From: Prorocentrum cordatum
Lineage: Eukaryota
Assembly: GCA_963575745.1 (NCBI GenBank)
Contig: CAUYUJ010000148.1
Span: 310,001 to 374,000 of the forward strand
Direction of reading: 5' to 3'
Length of the DNA: 64,000 nucleotides
The stretch's first letter is position 1; each line of letters opens with the position of its first letter. The notes below the pieces were generated by a model. That model ran no database searches and had not been told where the DNA came from. It saw nothing but the letters and a program-made list of their open reading frames with translations. Made by a program: the position numbers and the translations under genes. Below are positions 1-12,700 of the stretch, piece by piece.

Positions 1-410
1 CATTGGGAGCTCCTTCGAAGGATTCGCATGGCGCCACCGCGCCCATTTCGGCACACCCCTCGCACGCTTCGTGGCCCCAAGGGAGCTCCACTGAAGGCCC
101 CAACGGGAGAGTTCGCATGGCACCACCGCACCCAATTCGGCACACCTCTCACACGTTTCGTGACCTCACAAGGATCCCCACCGATGGCTCCAGTGGCACG
201 GTTCGCATGGCGCCACCGCTTCAAACGATTCGTGGCCCCACAGGGAGCCCCACCAGATGCCCCAGTGGCAGGGTTCGCGTGGCGCCACCGCACACACAAT
301 TCGGCACACCCCTCATACACTTCGTGGCCCCAAATGGTGCTCCACCGAAGGCCCCAGTGGCAGGGTTCGCATGGAGCCACCGCACCAATTTCGGCACACC
401 ATCTATGCCT
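1..410 (-). repeat. about 90-bp-unit minisatellite (GGAPYGAT..VRGVP.W when translated)
   Basis: Reverse complement of the arrays at 25820-26060 and 59020-59810. Confidence 0.85.
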
Positions 411-1489
411 CGCGAGGCTCGCAACTTCACACGGCTGGATCCTCAGATCATTGACGGTGTACGGCTTTTGAGGGCCCTCGTCATGCGACCAGGATGAAAA
501 ACTGGTCCCGCGGAAGGGGTCCGGTCCAGACTTCTGGGGTCCACGTCATGGAAAGATCGCGACGTTGGGGGTCTGGGGCAGGATGAGGGCAAATTCGGAT
601 TAAGATTCGTAGTTAATCTCCGCGAGAACTGGCGGATGTGAAGGATGTGTCGGGCGCCGCGGAACATGATTCGTTCTCATCCTAGGCCAGCTTGACATGA
701 GGCAACTTTCAGCCCGAATAAGCCCAGGGCTAAGCCAGATCGAGCGAAATTCAACGCATTAGGACGGTTTTCAACCACGCCTATGCCAGCGGCGATGCTG
801 CAGTCAACCTCTCACGAGTTGCACGAGAGCGGCGGGGTTTGAGCCACTGCTCGCCTGCACCCGCGCAACATTAGGTGACGGGCCCAGCCACACAGAGTCC
901 GAGCAGGTCCCTGACAACAACGCAAGGTGCATTCCTTTGGCGGCACGCACAGGGGGCAACAGAGGCGGGCAGGCAGCTCAGGGGCCTTCTTAGAGGCCAC
1001 CCTGGCTTCCAACACGACCAGCGTGCTGCCAGCAGGGCGGGCGGGGCCCTCCTGGCCACGGCGAGCCTCGGCCGCGACTCTCCCCCTGCCTGTATCCAGG
1101 GGGCGGCCCGAGAGCCAGAGGTCTGGAGACCGACGAGGTCCTCAGTTCAGAGGCACGACTTTGGTGGTCTCCAAACCAGGTGGTGAGACACCCGGTGGTG
1201 ACCCCGATTCCCCAAAAGAATAATTCTGGGTCACCACCGGGTTTGGGGACACGCGGTCGCCACGAGGCTTCGCGTTTCCTGGGCCAGCCAGCGCTCGAAA
1301 ACCATTACCCAAATCGCCCAAAACTCACCACCGGGTGTTCTCACCACCACGTTTGGGGACTACCAACGACTGCAAGGCGCCTTGGAGGCTACCGGTCCTC
1401 GCCCGGAGGGGTTCTGCCCTCTGAGGTAGGGCCCCCGCCTTCTTGGAATGATGTGCCCATGTTGCCCACCACCACTACCATAGGTGGGA

Positions 1490-1546
1490 GAGGGAGGAGG
1501 AGGAGGAGGAGGAGGAGGAGGAGGAGGAGGAGGAGGAGGAGGAGGA
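1490..1546. repeat. (GGA)n microsatellite, representative of many (also about 9670, 19080, 20880, 21870, 32720, 46500, 59815, 60457)
   Basis: Direct observation. Confidence 0.95.
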
Positions 1547-2266
1547 CCTCCTCATCCTGCCTTCTCCCCCGTCCTGCATATGGTGGTGGTGGTGGAAGAT
1601 TTGCCCATCATGGAAGGCCGCCCCTCGCGCCACCCCCCAAAGCGCGCGGCCGACCCTGCCTGCCGAGCGGGTACCCCGGATCGGTCACGGAGGCCCGATC
1701 GGTGCACGCCGTCGGCGAGCGCACACGGCGGCTGCCTGTGCGAGGATCTGACGCCTGGCTCGTGGCGTTTGCAGCACAGGATGAAGCTCGTGATGCGCAG
1801 AGGAAAGGAAAAGCCGAACGCTCCTCCACCTCCTCCTCCACCCGCGAGGATGGGGGGGGCGGAGGGGTGCAGAGGGGGAAGGAAACAGGGGGAAGGGAGG
1901 AGGAATGAGGATGAGGGGGGAGGATGGGAACGGGTGCATGATGGGCCTCCCTCTGCCTGCATCAGAACTACCTCCCACCCACCCACCCCCGGCTCCTCCC
2001 TCCACCTTCGGTGACAACTCATTAAAGCATCCCATGCATGCCGTCCTGCTGGCGCTTACAAAAATCGGCGCTGACCGACCCTCATCGACGCTGAATCGGT
2101 GCTCTCTCATCGACCACCAAAAACTGACGCACGCGAATATACTCTAGAAACGGAATGGCGAGGACGTTCTCCGTCCCCCCCCCGCCCAACGGCTCCTCCC
2201 TCCTCCCTAGTATTCCCTACCTCGTCCCCCCCTCGGCTGTCCATCGCCGATGGCAAGCTGATGTAG

Positions 2267-2465
2267 AGGCCTCCAAGATAGTCTGGGCAGATGGGTTCGG
2301 ACGATCGCGCCGCATTGGCGATGCATCGGCGACATCAGCTGTGGCTGTGCATCGCAGCCATCGGGGTCGAGGAAATCTGGCTCCACATTGAGCCGCATAG
2401 CCGATGCATCGGCGATGCGACGCGATCCTCCGACCCCATCAACTCGGACCCCATCTGGGAGGCCT
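2267..2465. mobile_element. MITE, AGGCCT-ended family with internal CGATGCATCG repeats
   Basis: Long imperfect TIRs; partial copies at about 4160-4450. Confidence 0.7.
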
Positions 2466-4941
2466 AGAATGGTGGGCCTGCCTATTCCTTCCTCCTCCCT
2501 CCCCTCCCCCAGCGGCTCCTCCCTCCTCCCTCGTCCGTCCTTCCTCGTCTGGGGGAACCGAAGGGTACGGACTCCGCTACTCCCCAGATCTCTCCCAGGG
2601 TGTTCTGACCAGCATTTCGAGGCGAGTCCAGCGGTGGCGACGAGGGCCTCCCAGGAGCCCCGCAGAGCTGGAAACGACGCCAATGGTAGCGGTATCGGTA
2701 CCTACTCCTCCTCTGATCGCTCCCTGCCTCCCCCCAGCTGCCCATTGTCGATGGCGAGCTGATGCTGCGCCCAGAGCATCGGGGACACACACTCAACCTG
2801 GGTCAGCAGAAATCCTGGTCCGCAAGGGTCCCTTCGCGAACGCAGGCTCGCCGCCGAGTAGCTCCCTGACCCCGGGCCAACGGAGGGCAGAACGGAGGAG
2901 CTGGCCCCGCGTGGCCCCCGAGCCCAGGCCAGCCAGAAGGGAGTGGCGTACCCCCGCTGGCCCCCGTTACTCGATCGACTGTGGAATGGATTTGCCCAAG
3001 GGTTGCTCTCCCTCTCAAGCCCACGGGAAAAGTCACATTATCGTAGACCCACAGAGATGATACATGTGCTTTGGTTCCCCAATCAGTGCCTGCACTGAAT
3101 GGGTCCCAACGGAAATTGAAAAATCCGGCGAAAATGTTCAGCCGATTTTGGTGGCCGGCTGGGTTCCCAAGTTCCCCGTTCCAGGTTCCCGGGTTCCCCG
3201 GGATCCTGGTCATTGGTTCCGGGCCGATTTCGGTGGTTCCCGGGTTCCCGTGTTCCTGGTCGATCCCCCCATCGATCTCTTTATCGATCCCACGATTCAT
3301 TTTCTCGATCTCATGCTCGATCACACTACTCATCTCACTCAGCCGATCTCACCATCGATCTCATCAAGCCATCCATGGATTGGGGTCTTTCTCCGGTGTA
3401 ATTTCGCAAGCTCGGCGAACGCATCCGTCCTGCGGTGCAGCAGCTCCGCAGCCCCTCTCCCGCACGAGCTCCAGGTGAGCCCCGAGGGCAGACCGCGCAC
3501 GACCCGTCCCCCCCGCGGCTGCGGGGCGGGCTCGCCGGCCAGCTCCGGCGGCCGAGGGACGGGAGGAGGAGGGGGAGGGGGAGGAGGAGGGGGAGGGGGA
3601 GGAGGAGGAGGCGCGGCGCGGGGCAGCCTCGCGAGTGCCAGGGTGGCAGGGGGGGCGGCTCAGGAGGGACTCAGGGATGAGGGTAAGCTCTCTTGATGAT
3701 CTTGCACAGCTGTGCTGTAGAGCTCGGGCCTCTTTCTTTTTGTCGTCGTGGCTCGTTCGTTCGTCGCTCGTCCTCCCCCCTCCCCCTCTGACCACAGAAG
3801 AAAACTCCTGGAGCAAGGAGGCGAAAGCCTCCTATCCCTCGCAGCTCCCCTGGTGCAAGAGCCAGGGCACGCGTGCCACTTGCTTGCTCGTGGGCCAGCG
3901 TTAAGCCCTGGCCCCGGATGTCGACGAACGACGAAGGGCCCGAAGGCGCCGAAGAGGGGCGAGGGACAGAAGCGCAGGACCCAAAACGAAGCCGACCGCA
4001 AGGACCGACCGACCAACAGGACCAAAGATCTCAAGGGCTTGAGGGCAAGTCCAGACGAAGCCAAGACGAGAATACATTCGGGTGAGGATGAACCGCGAAT
4101 CTCTGAGATCTGGCGGCTCTGGAACGCTCTAAGAGCGTTCCGGAACGCTCTGGAACGGAGTACGCCGACGTCGACGATGCATCTGCGATGCGGCGCGATC
4201 CTCCGACCTCATCTACTCCGACCCCATCTGGGAGGCCTAGGATGAGGGCAAGTCGCTCCAGGAGGTTCCCCTGGGCATGAGAGGCTTTCTGGATGAGGTC
4301 CGAGCAGATGGGGTCGGAGGATCGCGTCGCATCGGCGATGCATCGGCGACGTCGGCGTGGAAAACATCGAGCTCCACATCGACCAGTATCGGCGATGCAT
4401 CTGCGATGCGGCGTGAGATCCTCCTACTCCGACCCTACCTGGGAGGCCCAGGATGAGGGCAAATCGCTACAGGTGGTTCCCCCAAACATGCTCGCGTCGT
4501 GAACATAAATCATGCCGGGAATTTGTCGGTCGTTTTCGCCCCGGTCCTGGCACCTGGACGCGGACGCCAGAAGGGGCAGGATGACGACGACGACGATGAA
4601 TATTTGGGAACTCCACGTCCCAGCGCTCCGCATGGCTCAGCCACAACGGAGGGAGGTGCAACAGGTCGACAACAACTGACGCGTAAACATATCAAAACAG
4701 TGCTACAACAAAAGCACTGCGTGAGGCCCTCCAGCGACGGCTAAAAGGGCTCCGAATGGGCGGAAGAACGATACACTGCATAAACATAAACTTTCGGAGG
4801 TCCGCACGGAATTCTTGAATCGGAGCTGGACCCTCCTCCCCGGCGGAGGGGCGCGCCATGCACCGCAAGGAGGGGCCCCAACGCCGATCCCAGGAATCCG
4901 CAAGGACCTCCGAAAATTGGTGATAATGCAAGTGTCTGTCC

Positions 4942-5069
4942 CTCGAGATGAGGGGGATATGCCCAGGGTGGTGGAAAGAGCTTCCGGTCGGGATCATGTA
5001 GGGCCCGTTCGTCTCGAGCACCATCCTCTCAAGCGGAACCACCTGGGCCATGTCCGCCCCGTCGCCATC
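4942..5069 (-). pseudogene. duplicated tatD exon segment (copy of 11319-11446) with ETD changed to ETN
   Basis: Ungapped 128-nt paralog reading DGDGADMAQVVPLERMVLETNGPYMIPTGSSFHHPGHIPLISR; has its own cag| acceptor. Confidence 0.8.
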
Positions 5070-5566
5070 CTGCGGGGACTTCCGCAAATCTATGTTTATG
5101 GAACATGTTATTCTTCGGATGGGGAGAAGCGGCAGCCGACTGGTTCCCCAACTGATGGGGAATTCGGACTCCTGCGGCTCAGAGGCAACGAAGGGCAACA
5201 CAAGGAAAACATTTGTTCTGAGAAGGAAACTGGCCCAGGCCAAACATTGCTTGCCCAGGACGAAGCAAGGAAATACAAGCTCAGGCGACGGCCCCAAATG
5301 AGAAGCATCCGAAGCATTGTCCTCACCTCTTCTCGTCCCCCAGGAGGCGGACCCCCATTAGCAAGCGAAGGACCCACACTGCGCTACAATCGACGCCGAT
5401 CGACGTTAAATCGACGCTGATCGACGTGAAATGGCGCTAGTCGACGATGGATCGGCGCTCTCCCATCGACTACCAGACGCTGGCCGACGCTAGCGAAAAC
5501 GAGGTATGGAACGGCGAGGGTACACAAGGCCCCCATGATTTGCGACCGAAGCCGCCCACTCTGCGC

Positions 5567-5651
5567 CTAAATGCCGTAGATGAAGCGGGTGTTCTCCCGT
5601 GCCGCCCCGAGCACGTCCGCGGCGGGGCGGCCGAGCATGTCAGCGACCAGC
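5567..5651 (-). CDS. tatD: tatD terminal exon (R)LVADMLGRPAADVLGAARENTRFIYGI*
   Basis: TatD C-terminal N-x3-[FL]-Y pattern followed by TAG. Absent from the ORF track. The acceptor reads CG, not AG. Confidence 0.8.
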
Positions 5652-8600
5652 CGCCCAATGAACCGAGGGACAAACAATTACATAAACGTGAACGTTCGGA
5701 ACTCCGCGAGGATCTCCTACAATGAACCCAGGGGGACACAAACAAATAGGCGCACTTTCCACGATGCCCAACATGTTTCCGCACACTTGGGATGTTTCTG
5801 GGTTCCCCTGCCTTTTCCCGTGTGCCCCTGTACTTTCTGAAGCAAGCATGCGTTTATTTTTGTCCATGCCACTTGCCCCCCAATGAGCTGAGCTATGTTG
5901 GCTTAGCAAACGCGGGCCCCACAAACAGTATTCCAGCAATCGAACTTCGTGGTGCCATTTACGTGGCGCAATTTGTGTGGTGAAGGCGACGTTGACTTCA
6001 TCGCGCGCGACAGCGTCCCATGCTGGTACAATCATGTACCCCACCCGCGCGCAACTTGGTTTGCAAAACCCATGCGGTTTGGCGTTGGCTGCCAGCGTTG
6101 GCTGGTGCATCGGTGCCGCCGAGCTAGCACGTAGGCTCTGGTGTAGAACGACCAGCTAGCCTGGCGCGACCGACGCGGCCGCGGTGACTCTGACCGCCGG
6201 ACACTCCCCAGCGCGTGTCGTGGGCGCGCTGACGCGTCACTGCGGAGCAGTGACTCAGGCGGGCGGGTCATCATGGCGACGTCGACAAAAGCAGACACAC
6301 GATGATACTAGTAGTGATGCCCGTGACGATGATGACGAAAACGACGGCAAGGGCAATGACTTCGCAAATGTTGATCACACCGATGACGACAATGCGGGTT
6401 TGAGGGGAATTTCAGCATGCGCGCGCGGTCGGCATCCGCGAGTGCGTCGCGTGGAACAATTTGACGGGGATCGTGCCTCCGCAGCACGCGAGCAAGAGCG
6501 TTCGAATAATATCGACACGCAAGCGCAAAAAGCCAGCTAGGTCGCCAGAACGCACGTTTATGACCTCGGAGTTTTCTGAAATTCCGGCACGCGCGCGCGA
6601 CACCGCGCGCGTGCATGTTTTACCATGCGAGCAGGCGCCCCCCGGCTGAGGGGGGGAAGGGAGGGGCGGGGGGAAGACGAGAAGGAAAAGGAGGAGAAAG
6701 AGCACGCGCCGTGCAACGAATTATTATACCCAGCCGGGCCTGCAGCCGTGCCTCCAGGGCGGCGCGCACGGCGGCGCGCCAAACCTCCGCGCCGCCGCCA
6801 GCGCGCACAGCTGGCGTCAGCTTGGGCTCCAAAGGTGGTATGTCACTATAGGGGGGGTCGCAAGGCAAACGTTGAAACACAGATTCAGCAAATCTGCGCA
6901 TGCGCGGTTTGGCGAAGACTGGCGGTATCAACGCGACGCGAACGAGTGAACCCGAGAACTTGGCCTGAACGCACGCCGCGCACGACGACCCTGATAGCGC
7001 TGTTCTGCAACCGTCGTTTGTATTTTACGGTGTTGCACGGGCACACGAAACACCGACCACATGAGCCTTAGCTGGCGTTCGCCTCGCCATCATGCGCCAC
7101 CATATTCCTCCTTCCGCCGGTGCCCCACCCCCTTCGCTTCATCCTCCCGATGCCCATCCGATCCAACCTCCTTCACACCATGCCCCTCCGCCTCTTCATG
7201 ATCATGTCCCATTCTACCACTGCGCGTCGTTCCTCCTCGCCTTCCTCCGCCCGACGCGCCCCCCCTCATCCGCGCCCCCGTCCCCCACGGCCGTGCGCAA
7301 GTCATCCCCCTCCCTTTCGCTCCCCCCCCCCTCCCGCTTTCCTCGGCCTCTTCATGATGCTGACGCTGGCTCTGCAGCCGCTCCTGGGCCCATTTCCTCC
7401 CCTCTCCTCCTCCCCCTTTTCATCCCCCAGCCCCGTCGTCACCCTTCTTTGGCATCCACAGCGCGTCATCCCGAGACGCCCGCGCCCCTTGCCCCAACAA
7501 ACCACGCCCCCCCCCGTGACCAGCCGGGAGATCAGCGGAAACTCCCACCCAGTGGCAACTCCAGCGAATAGAGCGCTGCACACTTGGATACGCGAGCTGT
7601 GTATTTCGCCCGCGTGCAGCGCACCCCCCCCCTGGACGAGCCAAGAGAAACGCGATAGTCCCCGCCCAGTCACCACCGTCCGCGATGAACACATTCCGAA
7701 TACACAGATGGGAGCACGATCTGTGCACGCAGATCGCACCATGTTTTCTGTGTAAACGGTTGACCCACACGCGCAAATACACGGTTGAAAACAAGACCTG
7801 TGTGCAAACATCACAAATTGCTGTATATTTCGAAATGGCACAAGCCCGCCACCTCGAAGGCACCCCTACTTTACCGAACCAGAACCGAAATCGACGTCCC
7901 CAGCGAGGGGGGGGGATGCGAATACTCACTTCCCTGGCCCAGGGGGGGGCCCGGGGACTGGAAGTACAGGCATCCCTGGCACAGGGCGGCCGCCGTGGAA
8001 CGCAGCGCCAAAGCTGCCCTCAACGGCCCAACGAAATCCCCAAAGAGGGCCCCGAGGGACCCCCCAACAAGGCCCGACACACGTCCGACAACACGACAAA
8101 TTCCACATGTCATGGACGTATGGGCAAACCTAGCTCGAAGCGTCGCCGTACACACCGATGCGGTGGCACGGTGGCGGACTTCGCCGCAGGCACCAGGAAG
8201 TTTACACGTTAGCGCTACGACTGTGTTTGGCGGCCCTTGCCGCCCGCGTTTGAAGTGCGCCCCGAAACTTTGCATTGGCGGCGCCCTGCCCTCTGATTGG
8301 CTGCTTCGCTGTGTTCGGACACCGGACGGGCGGTATATTTCGAAAACGAACGCGCGGCCCCATCATGTGCTTTCCTTGGACCAAGGAGGGACGACAAGGT
8401 GGGACGACGGATGGTGGAGCAGGGGCGCAAAAAGGAGGAACGAGGACTAGGGGGGGGGAGCAAAGGGGCGCTCCCCCGCCAGAGCCCGCGGACAGCAAAA
8501 TGTCAGCGGCCCGCATTTTATACCAAATGCGTGCGATTCGGGTGGACGCGCTTTCTTCGGGCCATTTCATCCTTCACCCGTGCAAAACTCACACATTCTT

Positions 8601-9684
8601 CCACGCCGGCCTCGGTCGCTGCCCGGGTTCGTTGGCGCGGCGGGGGAGCTGGCGCCGCCCGCGCCGCTGGCGGGGGCCTGGCTCTCCGGGCGGCGCAGGG
8701 CCATGCCCAGCGGCGACGCACGCGCGGGCCTTCGGGCCCGCGGCTCTCGTGGTTGCCGCGCAAAGCCGCGCGCGTGTGCACTCCGTCATACATGCTAGAA
8801 AGGGGCTCCTGCAAACGGGCGAAGTTTGGTAGACGGCTTCGCGCGCATATCATTATTTGCCGAGGAATGAAGGGGAAGGTCGATACCGGTTTGGCTGCTA
8901 AAGTCAACCCGTCTGGTGAGGATGCGCGATACGGATGCAAGGGCCTTGGAACCACATGTCCATGCTTTTGGAGCGGGGCGCGGCCAACTGAAGTGGCCAC
9001 GGATGCTTCGAAGGGGCAAGGATGCAAGGGTATCCTTGAAATTTTACCCATTCTTACTATGTAGGTTGACTGCATGGTACGAACTCAAAATTACAACGAA
9101 CGATGATCCAAAATCCGCCGACCCTGTCGGCGTGCGTGAGGGGCTTCTCCGTTCGACTCGTCGTCTCCGTCGTCTCCGTCCTCACCATCCCAGGGCTCTC
9201 TTCCTCAAGCGCGCTATCCAAAGCGAAGTTAAACATCGTCGTAATGGAGTCGAAGGAACCCCCTTTCCTTTGATCCCTTCCCCGCAGAGGGGGGGGGGAA
9301 GGGGGGGGGGAGGGGGGAGGGGGGGGGGGGGGGCGGGGCAGATACGACGCTCGCCCGGGCGCACTTTCCTCGAGCGGGCACGCACGGGATGCACTTCCTC
9401 CTCGTCCTCCTGGTCTCCTCCTCCTTTTCCTCCTCCTCTCCTCCTCCTCCTCCTGCTCCTCTCCTCCTTCTCCTCCTTCTCCTCCTCCTCCTCCTCCTCC
9501 CGCAGAGGCGTCCCGGGAGCGGGCCCCGAGTCAAAATACCACCCCCGTAGGGCGCATTTTCCTCGAGCGGGCACGCCCCAGATGCACTTCTTCCTCTTCC
9601 GGGAGCACGTCCCAAGTCAGAATATCACACTCCCGGGGCGCACTTTTTTCGAGCGGGCACACAAAGGATGCACTTCCTCCTCCG

Positions 9685-9715
<31 letters not shown>

Positions 9716-12700
9716 CTCCTCCGCCTTCTCCTCCTCCTCCTCATCATATTCCTCCTCCTCCTCCTCCTGCTCCTCCTCCTTTTCTCCTCCTCCTCCTCCT
9801 CCCCCTCCTCCTCCTCCTCCTCCGCTTCCTCCCCCCACTCCTAGCCCTTTCGATCAGGGTCGGCGGCACCGGCCGTCAGGCCTCTCCAATCATGCTGCAC
9901 ATCCCCAGAGTGAGCGGATAACCTTTGGGTCGGCAAAGGGGCGGCGACGGAGCCCACGGAGCCGACAGACTGGCATCCAGGCCCAAACGACGGGCGGCGA
10001 CGATGCGGTGACGGGGCGGCGACGGCGACCACGGAGCCGCCAGACCAGCACCCAGGCCGAGACGACTTGCCGCGACGAGACGGTGAGCTGCGACGACGAC
10101 CACGAAGCCGCTAGACCAGCACCCAGGCCCAGACGACGGGCGGCGACGAGGCGGCCACGGGGCTGCGACGGCGACCGCGGAGCCGCCAGACCAGCACCCA
10201 GGCTCAGTTCAGTTAGTTGGACAACGAAGTAAGAACCACCAAGTGCAAACACCCTTTGGGGAATCACCGTTCGGAGGTCCCCGAGGATTGCTTGCACCGC
10301 TTGGACCGGCGCTGCTCCCTGGCGCGCGGAGCGCTGACCCCGGACGCCTCCTTCTTGCGCCAGGTGGGTCTCCAGCGCCGATCCAGGGAATCCGCGCCGA
10401 CCTCCGAAAATGAACGTTCCCTACCTGGGCTCTGCCTAGAACGGTTCTTACTCTGTGTAAAGCGTAAAGCGCCCCGGGCAGTGTAAAGCGCCCCGGGCGG
10501 TTCCCCCAGGATCCGCCTCGCGGTTCCCCGCGTTGCTTATCTCATTTTAGCTTAGCTTATTTCATCTTAGCTCAGCTTAGCTTAGCTTAGCCTAGCCCAA
10601 TCTAGCTTAGCTTAGCTTAGCCTAGCTTATCTTAGCCTAACTGAGCTTAGCTTAGCTTAGCTTAGCTCAGCTCTTGTCTTAGCTTTGCGTAAATTAGCTT
10701 AGCTTAGCCTAGCTTAGCTTCGCATGCCTTAGCTTACCTTAGCTTAGCGCAGCGCAGCATAGCGCAGCACAGCATTAACACAGCATGTCATAGCATAGCA
10801 TAGCATAGCCAAGCATAGCATAGCATATCATAGCTCAGCATCGCATAGCATAACTTAGCATAGCGCAGCATAGCATAGCATATCATACCATAGCATTGTT
10901 TAGCATAGCGCAGCGCAGCATAGCATGACATAACACATCATAGCATAACATAGCGCATAATAGCATAGCATGGTATAGTATAGCATAGTATAGCATAGCA
11001 TAGCCTAGCGCAGCACAGCATATCACATGATAGCCTAGCATCGCATAGTATAGCGCAGCATAACATTGTATAGCATAGCGTAGCGCAGCATAGCATAGCA
11101 TAGCATATCATAGCGCAGCATAGCATAGCATAACATAGCCTAGCATAACACAGAGCCGAGCGTACCCTAGCATAGGTGTAGATGTGGATGTAGAATGTCG
11201 ATGTAGATGCAGGTGTAGATCTTAATGTAGCTGTCGGTGTAGATGTAGATGTTGCTTTCCTAGATGCTCCAATTCCTAGGTAGGGTCGCACTGGGATAAT
11301 TTATATCATTGTTTGTTCCTCGAGATGAGCGGTATCTGCCCGGGGTGGTTGAAGGAGGTTCCGGTCGGGATCAGGTAGGGCCCGTCCGTCTCGAGCACCA
11401 TCCTCTCAAGCGGAACCACCCGGACCATCCGCGCCCCGTCGCCATCCTCACCCATTGACGCCGTGCCGGTAATCCCGAAGAAGAAGTTGGGGAACAGCTG
11501 CAGGACCTCCTCCACGAATTCGGAGGGGCCGTGGAACGAGTGAATGTGGGCCTTCCAGTCCCTGGGCACCCACTTCCGCAGCAGCGCCAGCGCCTCGTCG
11601 GCCGCCTCGCGGATGTGGAGCACCAGGGGCAGTCGCCTCTCCTGCGGGTCCCGAGCATGTGCACCACTACAACCACCTGCATTCCTCCTCCCTCTTCCCT
11701 CCTTTTCCTCTATTCTCTCGTGGGGGAGGGCGGGGGCGAGTGAGGTGGTGGTGTGGTATATTTTCTAGCCCCGTGTCTCCAGCGCCAGCTGGACCTGCCG
11801 CTCGAACACCTCCAAGGAACAGGCACAAGGCAACGCAGAGACGTTCGGAGATCCGCGCGGATGCCTGGGATCGTCGCTGTCGCCTCCAGGCGGCGACTCT
11901 GGCGTCGCCCCCGGCGCGGGGGGGTCCAGCGCCGATCCGAGAAATCCGAGCGGAGCTCCAAAGGTAATGTTTATGCCGCTGTGTGTTCCTGACTACGTAC
12001 CTGCACTTGGGTGCTGCGATACTCTGGGTCCTCGGCCCAATGCTCCAATGAGAAATCTAACCCGAACTCGCCCCACGCGACGGCCTTCTCCCCAACCTCA
12101 TCGAAGGCGGCGATGAGGCGCTCTTCCAAATTCTCCTCCTCGTATAACCACGCATTCTTGGGGTGACAACCCAATGAGCAAAAAACACGCGGATGCGCGC
12201 GCACTACGCTCAAGCACTCATCGAGGGACTGTCCGTCGCAGCCTTGAGTGATGCAGCCCTCGAAACCACTGCCGCAAAAATCGCGGACGAACTCGTGGAC
12301 GCCTGCCATCTCCACCTCGGGGCCGGGAATGCAATGGATTGTCAGAGGATGGGGAAACAGAGCCGGTGGCCCTGCACACATCGAATGGGCATGGCGCATC
12401 CTCAGGTATGATGGCCGCGATGGGAGCGGAGCGAAGGGGTGATTCTGTCGAAGTGAGGACACTAGCCCCTTCGCGGATGGCTCAAGGCCCCATGGAGAAA
12501 CCCCAAACGAAGAACACTCCCAGGAGAAGAGCCCGACACGAAGAATGGTGGGCTACCCCTCAAAGGCTAGGGCTCTTGTTGACGCCCGTGCCAGCTGTGG
12601 CCGCGATGGGTTCGGAGCGGAGAGGTGCTCCCTAAACACCTGTCGACAGCGATGACAGGGCAGGTGGAGCGTCCATGGAGGGTCTTCAGACCTGCTGATT

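Noticed and set aside
871..910. cag|G GAC CTG CTC GGA (RDLLGLCVAGPVT*) as terminal exon for the duplicate tatD segment
   Set aside because: It would need a GG donor and lacks the conserved N-x3-F/Y C-terminus.
10545..11150. Telomeric repeat
   Set aside because: The units are TTAGC/ATAGC, not TTTAGGG-type, and lie inside a dispersed element.
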